From Vermamoeba vermiformis (Eukaryota), in assembly GCA_045837725.1 (NCBI GenBank), contig JBEWZL010000233.1, positions 1 through 64,000 of the forward strand: a DNA stretch of 64,000 nucleotides, given 5' to 3'. The notes below the pieces were generated by a model that saw only the letters and a list, made by a program, of their open reading frames with translations, ran no database searches and was not told the DNA's origin. Position 1 is the stretch's first letter; each line of letters opens with the position of its first letter. The position numbers were made by a program, and so were the translations under genes. Below, in pieces: positions 13,801 to 26,209 of the stretch.

Positions 13801-14632
13801 TTTTTGATTATTATTCGTTGAAATTAGCTCCAAATTATTTTGTATTATTATTGGCGACTCAGGTTGACCACTATAAGACGCCAGCGGTGAATTAATGTTG
13901 AATTTCGGATGTGCCTTTTCTTGTGTTCTATTCTTCTCGCCTGAGCCATCAGATAGTTCACTACTAATATACGATCCGTGGCTAATATCGCTCTCTTCGA
14001 AATTAAGCGATGAACTCCAAGTAGGTACATCTGGAAAATTAAAGCCAGTAAACGCTCCTAATTCTTCCAAATTTGTTAATGTTATTTCATCAAACGTTCC
14101 TTCATCATAGTTATTCGCTTTAGAGTCATTTTTGTGCTCTTCTCCGTCGTTGATCTTCAAAGATCCAGTCTCGTTTGCTGTTTTGTCCATTAAAAAACTC
14201 CACAGGGCGGAATTTTTGTAGTTATCGCTTAGCTTTGCTTCAGTATGAATATTGTAGTAATCAGATGCCACGCCTGAATACGACTCTCCTTCTTCAAGCT
14301 CCTCTTTAATTTTCAGATTCAAATCTGTTGTACCAAGCTGAGCTACTTCCAAATGACTTGTATCTTTAAAATGAATTACTTAAAATTTAATTTCTGTGTC
14401 GGTTTATTGTCACCTAATTACCGTAATTGATTTGACTGAAAAGCTCTGAGCTTTTTTCGGAAGTCTCATCCGACGAGCCTTCAATACCGCAAGTTTCGAC
14501 GGAAGAATCAATGCTATGCACCCCCTGCGTTAACATGCTACTGATGGACTTGAATTCGTCCGAATTGAACGGCCGATTCAGATCTACGAGCTCGTCAAAA
14601 TCAAATGATAATTTTGTAGGACTTCGTTCCAT
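10827..14632 (-). CDS. WD40-repeat protein with long Ser/Asn/acidic N-terminal region, many exons
   Basis: GT-AG exons give HVRDIQWFD, FHTDIIREIA..LVVSGG|FDGKVFVTDI, VVGSVSWHP, CTTDGGTFHVFDIR, LLGFGDGKTLVLDLR, DS|NGTFALFD. Joining to ORFs 13669-14632 is inferred from the intervening small exons. Confidence 0.6.
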
Positions 14633-15239
14633 GTTCTAATTTCCACGTTATATTAGCTTAGATAGTCTTTGGGCAAGATCCAACCAGTTTGATGATTTGT
14701 ACCAGACCCGATCACGTGCGGTGGAATAGAGCGAAATTTACGAATCGACTAAAAAGGAAGAAAAGATCCGCAGTCGAACAATGGAAATGCGACCATAGTC
14801 CTCAATTCTCATGTGTACGAATATTTTTTCTATCACGTAGCGTGCATGCATTCGTATTAATTAATTCAATGGTCCGAGTTTAGGGAAGATCTCCATTGTA
14901 CTTGTTTGTGCTCAGGATCTAGCAACCTTCATAGTCGCACGCTTATTTGTATATGATCGTGCGAATATTGCTTCTAATTTTGTCCCATAATGCGGGCCTA
15001 CAGGTTGCTAGTCCGGATTTGGACCGAACTGTTTCAATTTAGTAATGATTCGGAGTTTAATAAATCTATTATTCCGTTAATATTTGCTTGACCGATAATC
15101 AAATAATGAATTATGACCGCGGAGTTGATTTTCTTCTTGTTTTATCGCTTGACGTTTTTGACACTTTGAATGGTTTCGGCGTTGGAATCTTTTGCCCATT
15201 AAATTAACCATTACAAACAATACAATACAACGAGATATA

Positions 15240-16468
15240 ATGAAGTTACATATTGCTATTGTTTTCGCCGTGGTTGTCGCTGCCGCTTTTGTTGATGCCC
15301 AACCGAACCTTGTTGGAACCTGGTCAAGCGAGGTTTGCGAAAGTTTCCCAGGTAATAATATGAATTAATTAATTAAATGTTTATTGAATTATTACCCGAG
15401 TAATCGCCCTAAATAAAACTCGACCGGTCGATCAGATTGCTAATAATTATTTGTTTGCAGTCAATAATCTCCCTCTCAATGCCCGTCGTGTCTTCACAGC
15501 CACCGCTGATCACTACAACCTCACGTTATCTTTTTACTTTGGAGCCTCGTGCACTGGTGATCCACTTGCGTTCATTATGGCATCTGGTCCTTGTAAGTCA
15601 CCGTCAAAGCTTCCAAAATATTATAATTATTAACCGAATAAATTTTAGATGTACTTGGTGGTGTTAGCGGCACCGCTGAAGGTTGCACCGTCGGAGATGT
15701 CGGTCAAGTTTACAACCTCGATCTCTACACCAACGAAACTAAGGAATTTTGGTTCACCAATGTAAGGAAAAAATAGGCCTGCTTAAGTGAATCGATTTTG
15801 TTAATATTATCTTACAGAAACAACCTTATGCGTCTCTTATCAACAGTACTATTGCAACTACCTGCAATTGGACCGATAGCGGACCACAACCTGGCGTAGC
15901 TTATGACATTAGAGGTCTTGTAAGTATAGGCACTTTCAGTCTTTGTCTTACTAATCCACTAACCAGAACTGCGCTGCTTTGAGCGTTGCTGCCTGCGACA
16001 CTCAGTACCAAATTGTTCAGCTCGTCAACAATCCTGAACGGTAAGTCTGAAAGTGTGACACGTGTCACATCACGACACGCCACTTGACAAAATACTAATT
16101 GCCTCGTAGTTTGTACTTCGGACCTGCATCCGCCGACGTGACTGTTGCGGATCCCTGCGCTGAGTCTGCTAGACCTACTGCTGTCATCGTACGTCGATTA
16201 GTTAATACGAACATGTTAGCATTTACTTACGCACCTCGGCACTTAGGCTCTTGGTTTCATCAAGGATTTGGCTGCTCCCAATAAGAACAGCACTGCATGC
16301 TTCGCAACTCCTTCCGCTCCAGCCTCTCAACCTTTTGCTCCTGTTGTTAACGCCCCCGTTACCGTTCCCGAGAACAAGAACGTCAACACCGTCAGCGCTG
16401 CCAACGGCCAAACAAGATTCATTGCTATCCTTGGCTTGTTCGCTGCTTTGGTTCTTGCCATGTTGTAG
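15240..16468 (+). CDS. Secreted, probably GPI-anchored protein with a single APCDD1-like domain, 7 exons
   Basis: Signal peptide; LVGTWSSEVCESFP..RRVF..FYFGASCTGDPLAFIMASGPY..G..C.W..GVAYDI..CAALSV..QYQIVQL..LYFGP..RPTA follows the APCDD1 repeat pattern. Ends in a P/A-rich stalk and hydrophobic tail. Confidence 0.7.
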
Positions 16469-16751
16469 ACGTTGCAACGAGATTAACTTTATTTGTATTC
16501 TTAATGAACCGCTTTAATATTAGCTTAAACGTCCATTACTAAGAACACCCACTCATAGAGCTGACCGAACGAAAGCATGCTTTTCGTAAGTCCGTTTGAT
16601 CTCGAACGAAGACTTACGCGAAGTTTCTTCCACAGTACAAGACGTGAGCGAATGACAGAACCAAGTAACAACTCACAGCAGCGCTGTTCAAGCGATCCTC
16701 TGATCGCATTCTGGCGACCTCACGGGCCAGCTTCGGAAAATTTTCAAGCAA

Positions 16752-16823
16752 GGTTCCGTAGCTCAGCGGCAGAGCGGATGACTGCAGATCATCAGGTCAC
16801 CGGTTCAAATCCGGTCGGAACCT
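16752..16823 (+). tRNA. tRNA-Cys (GCA)
   Basis: Acceptor stem GGTTCCG/CGGAACC with U discriminator, D-arm GCTC..GAGC, anticodon arm GATGA-CTGCAGA-TCATC, T-loop TTCAAAT, and a downstream T-run Pol III terminator. Confidence 0.97.
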
Positions 16824-17022
16824 CTTCTTTTTACTTTTGCCGCTGGCACTTACTGCCGGTGGAACAGCGAGCAAGGTTCTTTTTTTGGTTAAGACCGCTG
16901 ATCTGGATGTGGTTGCTGACTCGCGACCAAGAGCTCGAAAACTCGGTCTTCTGCCTTTTGCGACGCAAAACTAGGAAACCAAAGCCATTTGAGTGTTCGT
17001 CAGTATTTCACGCGCAGTAACA

Positions 17023-17973
17023 ATGTTACCACGAACGAGAATATTCCTTGTTTCGCTTTTGATCAGCTGTTGCGTGCTCGATCTCATTTCAGCTCAATAT
17101 ACGTGCACAGTAACATGCGGCACTGGCCTGCAGTGTTGCCATAACTTACAAAACGACGCCTGCTATAATCCAGACGAGCAACAATGCATAGATAATCGCA
17201 TCCTCTGTGCCAAGGTCGAGCAGGCTTGTGGAGACGTCTGTTACGATCCTACAACCCACATCTGCTTTCAAAACGAAGACGCGAGCAAGAATACATTATG
17301 TGGTCGAGGAGAGGCACTATGCAACAGCCAATGCTACGATCCCCTTCAGTTTGAGTAAGTCAATTGAAATATTCAATAATTATTTCCTATTCGAATATTT
17401 GTGTGATTTATAATATTGATAATTATCCACGTAATATGCATATTTCGTATGTATAACGCGAGTCATTCAATATCATAATTGATTGATTAAAATATTATTT
17501 GTAACGGTAACTAACCAGACTTCTGCAGCTGTACCAACCAACAGATAATTGCACGAGGCAATGACACGTGCAGCACTTCACCAGAAAATACCTTAGTTCA
17601 ATGCGGCGCTAATTGCTTCCCTCCACAAAACCAATCTTGTGTTGCATGCACATCCTCTGGCGACTCCTCGCCCTCGCTTGTTTGTCCTATCGGTGACAGT
17701 GGCGTCATTCAACTCTGCTGCTCAGTTGGATCTACGAGTGGCTGTTACGACCCTACAGAATCGTTCTGTTGTGCTAATCCCGCGCGGATTTGTTCGAATG
17801 ATAACCAGTGCTCGAGCGGCGAATGTTTCAGCAGCAGCCAATGTTGTTCTACTAGCAGTCCTCGTGCTACTCTCAAAATACCTTCACGGCTACATACATC
17901 GAGCACTAGTTCTCTCTCCCCTACACTCAGCATCTTGTTTCTGGTTGTGATCGGATCGGGTCTCATTCACTAA
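17023..17973 (+). CDS. Cys-rich secreted/GPI-anchored protein with CBM52-like C-G-x-x-CYxP-x-x-x-x-C repeats, 2 exons
   Basis: Signal peptide; repeats ACYNPDEQQC, CGDVCYDPTTHIC, CNSQCYDPLQF.C, CGANCFPP, GCYDPTESFC; S/T stalk and hydrophobic C-terminus. Confidence 0.7.
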
Positions 17974-18338
17974 TCAAGATCGAGTAATTAATACTCAAAC
18001 GACACACTGTACAGTTTACCCTTAGTTGGTAATAGAATGTTACTGGAGTAACTACTGTTGTTAAAATGAATTTTAATCAATTCACCAGAGCGCTTTTTCT
18101 CCGACTAAAGCTGTTATACTCGCGGCGTAAAGGATCGAATGACACTGTTATCTGCTTGGTACTGCCGAGCAGTGTCGTTGATATACTAGCGCTCGTATAA
18201 TCGGGGCTGTGGAATGTATCCCTAGCTGTTTGATTGGTTGGCAACACGTGCACGAACAACTGACAACTTGACACCAATGCAACGCACAAAAACATTGCAA
18301 TTATTTACTGGAAGTAATTTCTTTACTCTACTTTAATC

Positions 18339-20544
18339 ATGGCAACACAAGCGGTACTCACGATCGCCATTGTCTGTGCATTGTGCTACGGAGCTCTTTC
18401 CGATGATGTCCTGGTCAACACATCCAGTTTCTTGGGCACAGTCAGTTGGCCGAGCAGTCAGGGGCTCACTGGTAATTTTCGTAGCTCATACATAATCAAT
18501 GACACCCTTGTCTTCACTACTGCGAGTGGATTGGCTGTGCTTGATCTCGATCACAATTGGACTAATGGCCTGGTTGCTGGTGCTTCCAAAACCAAGTCAT
18601 TGGAACCCATCAGTGGTATTTTCAGTCCTACTGCCCCCTTCGTGGATGAACAACGAAGGGAAATTATTGTCGCATCCGGTGCTGTTCTTCCCAGGCTGGC
18701 TGTGCTGTCGTTGGATACCTTAGAGTTGGTCGAATATAATTACACCAATCCTGTTCCTGCGCCCTCCCTTAGCGAAGTTTATGCAGCGGTTTCAGATGGC
18801 ACCTATTTGTATTACGCTTCAAGGTATTAATTCTCATCTAATTTATCTATTTATGTGATGGATAATGTTATTTTAATACGTAATATCATAATAATATCAC
18901 CATTAAATATTTCTAATTGTGCTGGACAACCATGATTCACTCCGAGTTATTCCGTCTAGTTTTAATTTTTCTGCGAATGCATAACGATGAGCTAACAGAC
19001 TAATTATAGTGGGGTGCCTAACATCGCTCGTTACGAGATTGGCAAGTGGAATCAAGAGCCGCAAGTGCTCACCTTGAATCGAGCGCCGATTGTAACGCTC
19101 GCGCACGACAAATCGACAAAGTAAGATATCCAGTGCTATTGATGTATAATACTGATACTAATAATATGGTTATTAGTTATCTTTACTTGGGCACTGCTCG
19201 AGGAAATGTTCTTCGCGTGCAACCTGCTGCCAACTTTGCGAGTTCGCCAGTGGATATTCTCGGCGTATCAAACGACACTATTAGCGCGCTTCAAGTTGAT
19301 TATAGAAGAGGCTATTTATACGCAGCCACTGATAACTCAAAGGTCAACGTCACCAGCATGTTGTTTAAGATCTCACTGAGCAACTTTGAAATTGTTTCTT
19401 CTCTTCCTTTGGGGCCACTCAACTATGATATTAGAGGTAGCGCTATTGTAGATACCGAAGCAGGTAAGCTAATAGGAACCTCTGAACTTTGTGACCTGAA
19501 GAATTTACTAGAATTTGTAATTAGGAGGACTGCTTTATTTGGGTACCAGACAGTCGCCAGGCCGAGTTATTCAAGTAGATTTGTCGCGTTTTGTCATCGA
19601 GACATCTTATTCCGTTCCAAGCGGAACTTTTCGTTTGGATGCCGGAGCGTTTGATCCGAAGCGAAACATTGTTTGGTTCGGCTCTTACACTCCTGCTACT
19701 AGTTCTCCTACATTGGTGCTTTTGGGCGGCGCAGGTTTGTAATGGAAGGCGTAAATGATTACTGTTGAACTAAATTCATTTACTCTCGCTAGAATCATGC
19801 GACGGTGATTGTTATGGCCACGGTACTTGTTCGTTCAGAAAATGCTTGTGTGGCACCGTGCAGGTCAAAGGCGAAAATCTTAAGTGGTTGCAGCCTTGGT
19901 GCTTGTATTGTAAGAATCTCTCGAACAATTTCCATATTTATCGAAAGTCGTCCCACCGCAGATTGAATTAAACTGATAGGATCATCGTGTTCTTACTCAC
20001 TTAACACTAATATGTGCCTTTACTAGCCGAGTGCCCGACTACTCTCAACTGCAATGGTCACGGTCAATGTCAAGCAGACACGTGCTCGTGTGACGCGGGC
20101 TGGACAGGCAACGACTGTTCAACATCACTCTGCAAAGATCCCACGTGCAACAATCACGGGCAGTGCACGCCATTGGGCAGATGCGAGTGCGAGTTTGGTT
20201 GGACTGGTGACTCGTGCTTGCTCAATCCGTGTCCTGGCAATTGTACTGCCGCTGCATCGCACGGCGAGTGCACGTATTCTGACGGCGAACCAACTGGCTG
20301 CAAATGTGCTGCGGGCTGGACTGGCAATGACTGCAACACTGGTTAGTAATAACAAAAGTAGTTGCCCGATTTGTTATTGTAGTTATATCCGTTGTCTGTT
20401 CAAATGAGTCGTAACGATTGCTAATGAGTGTCATTTTTAGCTGCTACTGATAACAACGTGTCAAGCGCCGTCAAACAATACGCAAGCACTGGTTGGTCCT
20501 TGGTGGGCACATTTGTATTGACTTCACTACCAATGATGTTTTAG
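18339..20544 (+). CDS. Surface protein with a beta-rich (propeller-like) N-terminal region and tenascin-type EGF repeats, probably GPI-anchored
   Basis: Signal peptide; repeats [55 protein letters not shown]; hydrophobic C-terminal tail. Confidence 0.8.
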
Positions 20545-20927
20545 GTGAACAATAAATCAATACGCAATACAAGTTTTCGACTGGAACCGGTTCCAAACGG
20601 AAGTCTGAAGACGGCCAGGCAGCGATTGGTGGAATTTTGGATAGGATAAATCTAACGATAACAGTGGCTGCACTCGATTGAGGCGGAGTTGGCGTGACTC
20701 GCACAATGTTTGAAATTACTGCGCAGAGCAGGCAGAGCAACAATAGGGGTCCGTTGACCACGAACGCATCTGTGTTTTTGTTTGAGCGAGAGAAATAGAT
20801 AACGCCAGAATCAACAAAATTTGGCGTTAGAGAGCCACATGTGGGACAGGACTTGCAAGTCCAGTGGCTGTCAAACTCGTCATAATTTTGGAAGATCGAG
20901 ATACTCCTTTAAACTTCGCCTACAATC

Positions 20928-22687
20928 ATGGAGACAATACCAAATGAAATCATCGGGCTTATTTTCTCATATTTACAACCAAGAACGCTTGGTCTATTGA
21001 CGAGTTGCAGCAAACAGTTCGACAAATTAGTCAAATCCGACACTGTTTTGCAATACCACAAACGTGCACTTTACAAAAGATGGCATTTCCTCCACAATAT
21101 TGAAAGCTATCGAAACGTGTCGTCAATTTACGAGAGGATCCAGCTACGTATCAAAAATCAAAATCGCTGGAAATCGCAGTCACAGCCATTTGGCTACGTA
21201 TTACCAGTAGGAGAAGATAGAATAAGCAAAATTAAATGCAGGAAAAATCGGTAGGAATTTTTGTTCATTTTAAATTTAATTTTCGGACGTCCCGATCTCA
21301 AATTTTTTCCTGGTCAACGTGTTGATCAAATAATCAATCGTAATTACCAAAATAATTAAATAGTGATTTAATACTACGATTCTTAGTCTGCTCGTATTGT
21401 CAGTGTCTGCAAGCAAGGCCACAACAATCTCGGTGTACGATCTCGAAACGTTAAGACTGCTTGGTACAACAGAGACTAATTTGTTTCGCGGAAATACAGC
21501 GAAAATACTCTGGAAGGTGCGGCCATATATTATATTAATTAGAGCTTTCATTAATTAATTTCGTTCCATGTTTAGGGCAATGACTGGATCTTATTTTCGC
21601 ACCAGCAACAGTTTTATTCTTGGAATATCCATCAACCAGCAGTCGAACAAGTTGAGTTACCGACAGAAGGGCCTTTAATGGTGAAATTTTCCAACTTTGT
21701 GTTCTATGATGGCAACGAAACATTATTTTACATCAAAACGCAAGTTGGGAACTTTGACAGATACGTAAGTTTAATTAATGGTGATCATTATGTTAATATT
21801 ATTATTTAGATCTATAATGTTCGAACAAAAAAAGAGCAACGTATCAACTGGATCCAATGCAAAGACGTTTATCTTTGGATTAATTTTAACATAAGAACGG
21901 TTATTTATCAAAAAAACGATGGAAAGTATTATATGGAAAAATTTACGGCTGATTGGAAACGATCCGTAAGTGCCTTAATTTGACACTTCAACGACTTTTT
22001 TGATATTTCCGTTTATAGAGCTCGATAGCGTTAGAAGTTTCGGATTGTTACGGCACTGTGGACTTTAAAATTACTGAAGATTATATTTTCCTTTTTTATT
22101 CTGATTCGTTTGCACTGGCAAGGGTAAAGAATCTTTACGGATCCGTTTGGACTCGGATTAATCTTTAACCTGCAGGTATTTTCACTTAACGGAGCAATCA
22201 TATTGCGAGTACCACTCAATGTCCAGTCAGACCTATCAAGGTTAAGATATTCTAAGGACGGCATTTTGATCCATGAACTCAAACGCATCTCCTCAGTAGT
22301 CGGAGTTTATTCGTTGAAAAATAATAGATTCGAACAAATTAAATGGGTAGCACTGCCTTATTGTGGAACAACGGTTTATAAAATGATCACAACTGACCTG
22401 GTAAGAAGTCGAGCCTCGGATCTTGTCATCGTTGCTAATAAATAAAATAGGCGTTGATTAGATGTCACAAATCCATCGCATTCAAAACGTCCACTACAAA
22501 GAACGAAATTGTCAGTGGAGCTAAATTAACACCTCAGATCAGCAAGCTGGTGCCCAAGGAATACACTACGTGGCGAGTGATGGACAGTGTGGTCTCTGAA
22601 ACACAAATTATTTTGCACATGCAATCGGAGAACAAGCAAAACACGGTTGTCGTGTTAGATTATTGTAATTCTGTAGTTCAGAACTAA
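20928..22687 (+). CDS. F-box protein with beta-rich C-terminus, multi-exon
   Basis: N-terminal METIPNEIIGLIFSYLQPRTLGLLTSCSKQFDKLV is an F-box. Several GT-AG exons follow to the ORF ending at 22687. Confidence 0.75.
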
Positions 22688-23040
22688 GAAAAAAAGCTTT
22701 GGTGATAAGCTGAAGCTCGCAAAATATTACAAATGAACAGGTTGTTATTTTCAATAGCTTGCGTGGTCGTCTTGTGAGTGCCACGTATACCTGTTGGTAC
22801 GGTACTGATGATATTTCCATTGACATGGATTTTCTTTTTATACCGTTGTGCGATTACACTTGGTCGAGTGTCACGTGTGTATTCTTGATGGTTATTAATA
22901 CGCTATAAGCAATGACGTTTCAAGTTTTTCAATCATTTGCTTTGCGTTGTTGTGACGAAAACTGCTAGAATCACAAAGCTCGAAAATTCAGGAGCGTCAG
23001 TCCCGAAAGATCATATCTCGATAATGTTTACAAGATTAAC

Positions 23041-25461
23041 ATGCAATATATACATGTCCGAAATGTATTTCAATTATTTATTCCATTAAGCCCAGCCGGG
23101 AACGAGAACAAATTTTCGGTCACTCACTTGCCCGGCAGTAATATTGGCTTGACTTTGCACAACAGCGAAACCAACGAATATTTGCAATATTATTTACGGC
23201 TATATTCAACCTTCCCTGCTACTGAAAAAACAGAACAAGATCAATCGATCGCGTTAGTTTGGGCGAAAAGAAATTCGTATCAGCTTCATAGCGATGGCAA
23301 TATTTTAGGAATAATATTAAAGCTTAAACTACAGCATCATGTTTTTGATTTTAGAAGAGTGAAGAAAACAACAATCAGATTCCACATTAATTGCTTCAGC
23401 TCGGGTGTATTGATTGGCCAAGCAACCTCATCATCGGTTGTTTTGTTGCCTAAAAAGCGCCAAGCTACTGCAATAGATTTTTCTGACGAAGGTAAGCCTA
23501 ATTAAAGCCAAAAGTTATTATTATCTTTCATATTTTTAAATATCAATAATCATGGCGTTATTTTCCAAATAATAGCATTAATTAGTGTATTTTAGAACTG
23601 ATGTTAATTTTGGACAGTTACAATACCAATGGTTTGGATGCAGGAGCTACAACCAACCACGGAAGATGCTCAGAATAGCGCTATTGGCGATAATAAGTTA
23701 TTAAGCGAAGCACTGTCGTTAGAGGATGGTTCTATTCAATATATTATGCCTTGGAATTCAGATCTAGAAGCGCAGTCAATCCAACATATTGGCGAGTACC
23801 CAACGGACGATTACGCAATCGATAATTATGATCATACCAGCAATGACAACGAGCAATATATGGTGCTGTATAGCGGCAATGCAGAAGTAATAGGAAATTT
23901 TCGCGCGTTGAATTTCTACAAAGCGTCCGACGTGCGGATCAAAGAAGACATCAGATTATTAAGCGAAGGTACGACATTATTATTAATGGAACTGGTAGCT
24001 AATGAGTTTATAGATCGAGATAGTAGGAGTGTGCTATTGAAGATCGACGGCGTTGAATACAAATTTAAACCCGGAGTCACATCCGCAACGCAGCGGAAAT
24101 TTGTTGGCTTTATTGCTCAACAGATCGAAGCTGTGGTGCCAGAGGCAGTGCAATTGATAGATGGGGTGCTGCACGTAGATTATCAATCAATTATTCCGTA
24201 CTTGAGCGAGTCTATTAAACAGAATTTTAACGACATTAAAAGCGGCACATCTGAGCGAGAGCAAATTAAGTTAACGGTCGATTTGTTATATGACGAGTAT
24301 TTATTAAGAGAAAAGAAGAGAGATGATATCCAGCAAACGCCTAAGCCTTCAACATTAGAGTCACAAAGGCCGCAGATCAGATCTCGATCCCTTGCACGAA
24401 TTCTACTCTACGTTATTATAAGTGCTGCAGTCATATCAAGCTTGGCCATTGGAGCTTATTTTGTATATACGAAGATTTACCCCGGCAACAAGCCACCAAG
24501 CACGGACCCAGAACCTCTCGCGCCGTCGTTCAATACCGAAACAGATCGAAAAGCGCTCATCGAATTCTACATTGCAACGAATGGCGGCAGTTGGAATTTA
24601 TCAACGAATTGGGTCACTGAAGCGGCGACGTGTCAGTGGTACGGAATAACGTGTTCAAATGACAGCAGAGTTGTTGGAATTGCATTGGAGAATAATTGTG
24701 TCAGCGGCACGTTGCCAGAATCGATTGGAAAACTCGATCAATTGAAGAATTTACAGCTCAAATACAATTATCTTTCGGGGACCATTCCGAATTCATTAGG
24801 AAGATTGCCTAATTTGGAAACATTGACATTGGACCAAGCAGCACCGAGATTGAACGGGACAATCCCCGAATTCACGTCGAAATATTTGCAAAGTGTTTCA
24901 ATAAGCAATGCGCAGTTCAGCGAACAGAAATTTCCCGATTGGCTGCAAGACAAATACGCCTTGATATTTTTGAAGTTGAACAGCGTTAATTTGACAGGCA
25001 CAATTCCAGCTTGGATTTCAAACTTGAAGAGCTTGCAAAAATTATATTTGGAGAGCAATTTATTGACTGGAGTAATTCCGTCGTTGCCTGCATCGCTCGA
25101 CACGGTAGTTTTAGCGAGGAATCAATTCACGGGCGACGTTCCCGAGTTTACGAACCCGAAGTTTTCGCAGCTCGATATGTCGAACAATGCGTTGAACGGC
25201 AATATGGACAAATTGATAACATTGCCTGCGATACTCGAGCTTTATTTGCAAAACAATTCATTGCAAGGCAGTGTTGCGCTCTCCGCTAGTGCATTGAAAG
25301 GCTTGCAAGTGTTGGACTTGTCGCACAATCGGTTGGAGTTTGCCGCCGCTGATTTATCGCAGCCTGTCAACATACAACAATGCAGCGCTGTAGCAAATAA
25401 TTTCGAGTGTCCCATACCGCAGTGGCTGATCAAATCATGTAACGCATCTTGTACAACATAG
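23041..25461 (+). CDS. MYRF/MrfA-like membrane protein: N-terminal beta-rich domain, peptidase S74 (ICA) domain, TM helix, LRR ectodomain
   Basis: Exon 1 (23041-23491) splices in frame to 23618, with a probable 45-nt intron at 23969-24013. GNFRALNFYKA-SDVRIKEDI..GFIAQQIEAVVPEAV..VDYQSIIPYLSESIKQ is S74. TM ILLYVIISAAVISSLAIGAYFVY; LRRNT DRKAL..NW..CQWYGITC; plant-type LxxNxLxGxIP repeats. Confidence 0.85.
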
Positions 25462-25525
25462 TAAACTGTTTATAGAAAGGCAAAAATGGACAGTGTTTTA
25501 ATCAAACGAACTAGCGCCTTTATTT

Positions 25526-26133
25526 TTAAACAGTAGCACGCTCTTTCTTGGTTTGTAGGGAGAGCATTCGAGACATGTATTCCTCTGATGAATAGAACGT
25601 CAGTTTTAGCAGATGCATCAGCGCGGCAGTATCTGGGCTTACCTTGCTGAATAAATCCAGCAGCAAATAATTCTTTGACTTTATCAAGCTCTGCGTCGAT
25701 CTCTTCGCCTGATTGAGCATTTTGAGATTCAGTTTCTAAGGTGTAAGGACTTTGACCGACTGATAACTTTGCGTGCTTTCTATCTCGTCCATTTCCATAT
25801 ACGTCGTATAAAATATATTGCCTCGTAAGAGAAAACGATAGGAAGTTAGATTCACTATTTTCTTGGCGTGCTGGTTGGAGATTGCGTTGCAGATTCCCTC
25901 GTGGTGCGTTATTTACAAAATTAGCGGACGAAATATTATTAATAATATTATAAGGGGTTGCAATATTATTTGACGGAATTGTATTGCTAATATTTGTGTC
26001 TAAATCATTTTGCTCGTCGTCCAACGTTTTCAGTAGCCTTTTCAATCCACGGCCTCCAACCTCTTCATCTTTAATGTTAGAATATTGGTTATATTATTGC
26101 AGTAATAATCATTATTGTATCCAGCATACCCAT
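25526..26133 (-). CDS. Small Asn-rich protein with C-terminal SHOCT-like domain, 3 exons
   Basis: ATG-G micro-exon at 26133, then DEEVGGRGLKRLL.. ending ELDKVKELFAAGFIQQ|EEYMSRMLSL, which fits the SHOCT pattern L.KL.EL...G.I..EEY. Confidence 0.6.
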
Positions 26134-26209
26134 GTTGTGATGCTCAGTTAGAAAATCGGAATTTTACTTTTCCCTGCGTTTGTTGAAACAAAATCTTCTG
26201 TAATACCAA

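Noticed and set aside
11753-16069. Intronic palindromes TGACACGTGTCA (11753-11764) and TGTGACACGTGTCACA (16054-16069)
   Set aside because: Only two copies in unrelated genes, and CACGTG-type words are common in this window's non-coding DNA. Not enough to call a system.
16577-17020. 147-aa ORF
   Set aside because: It runs through the tRNA-Cys gene and has no protein-like features.
23969-24013. 15-residue insertion in the S74 domain in the ORF track
   Set aside because: It has a GTACG donor, a GCTAAT branch site and a TAG acceptor, so it is most likely a stop-free 45-nt intron.
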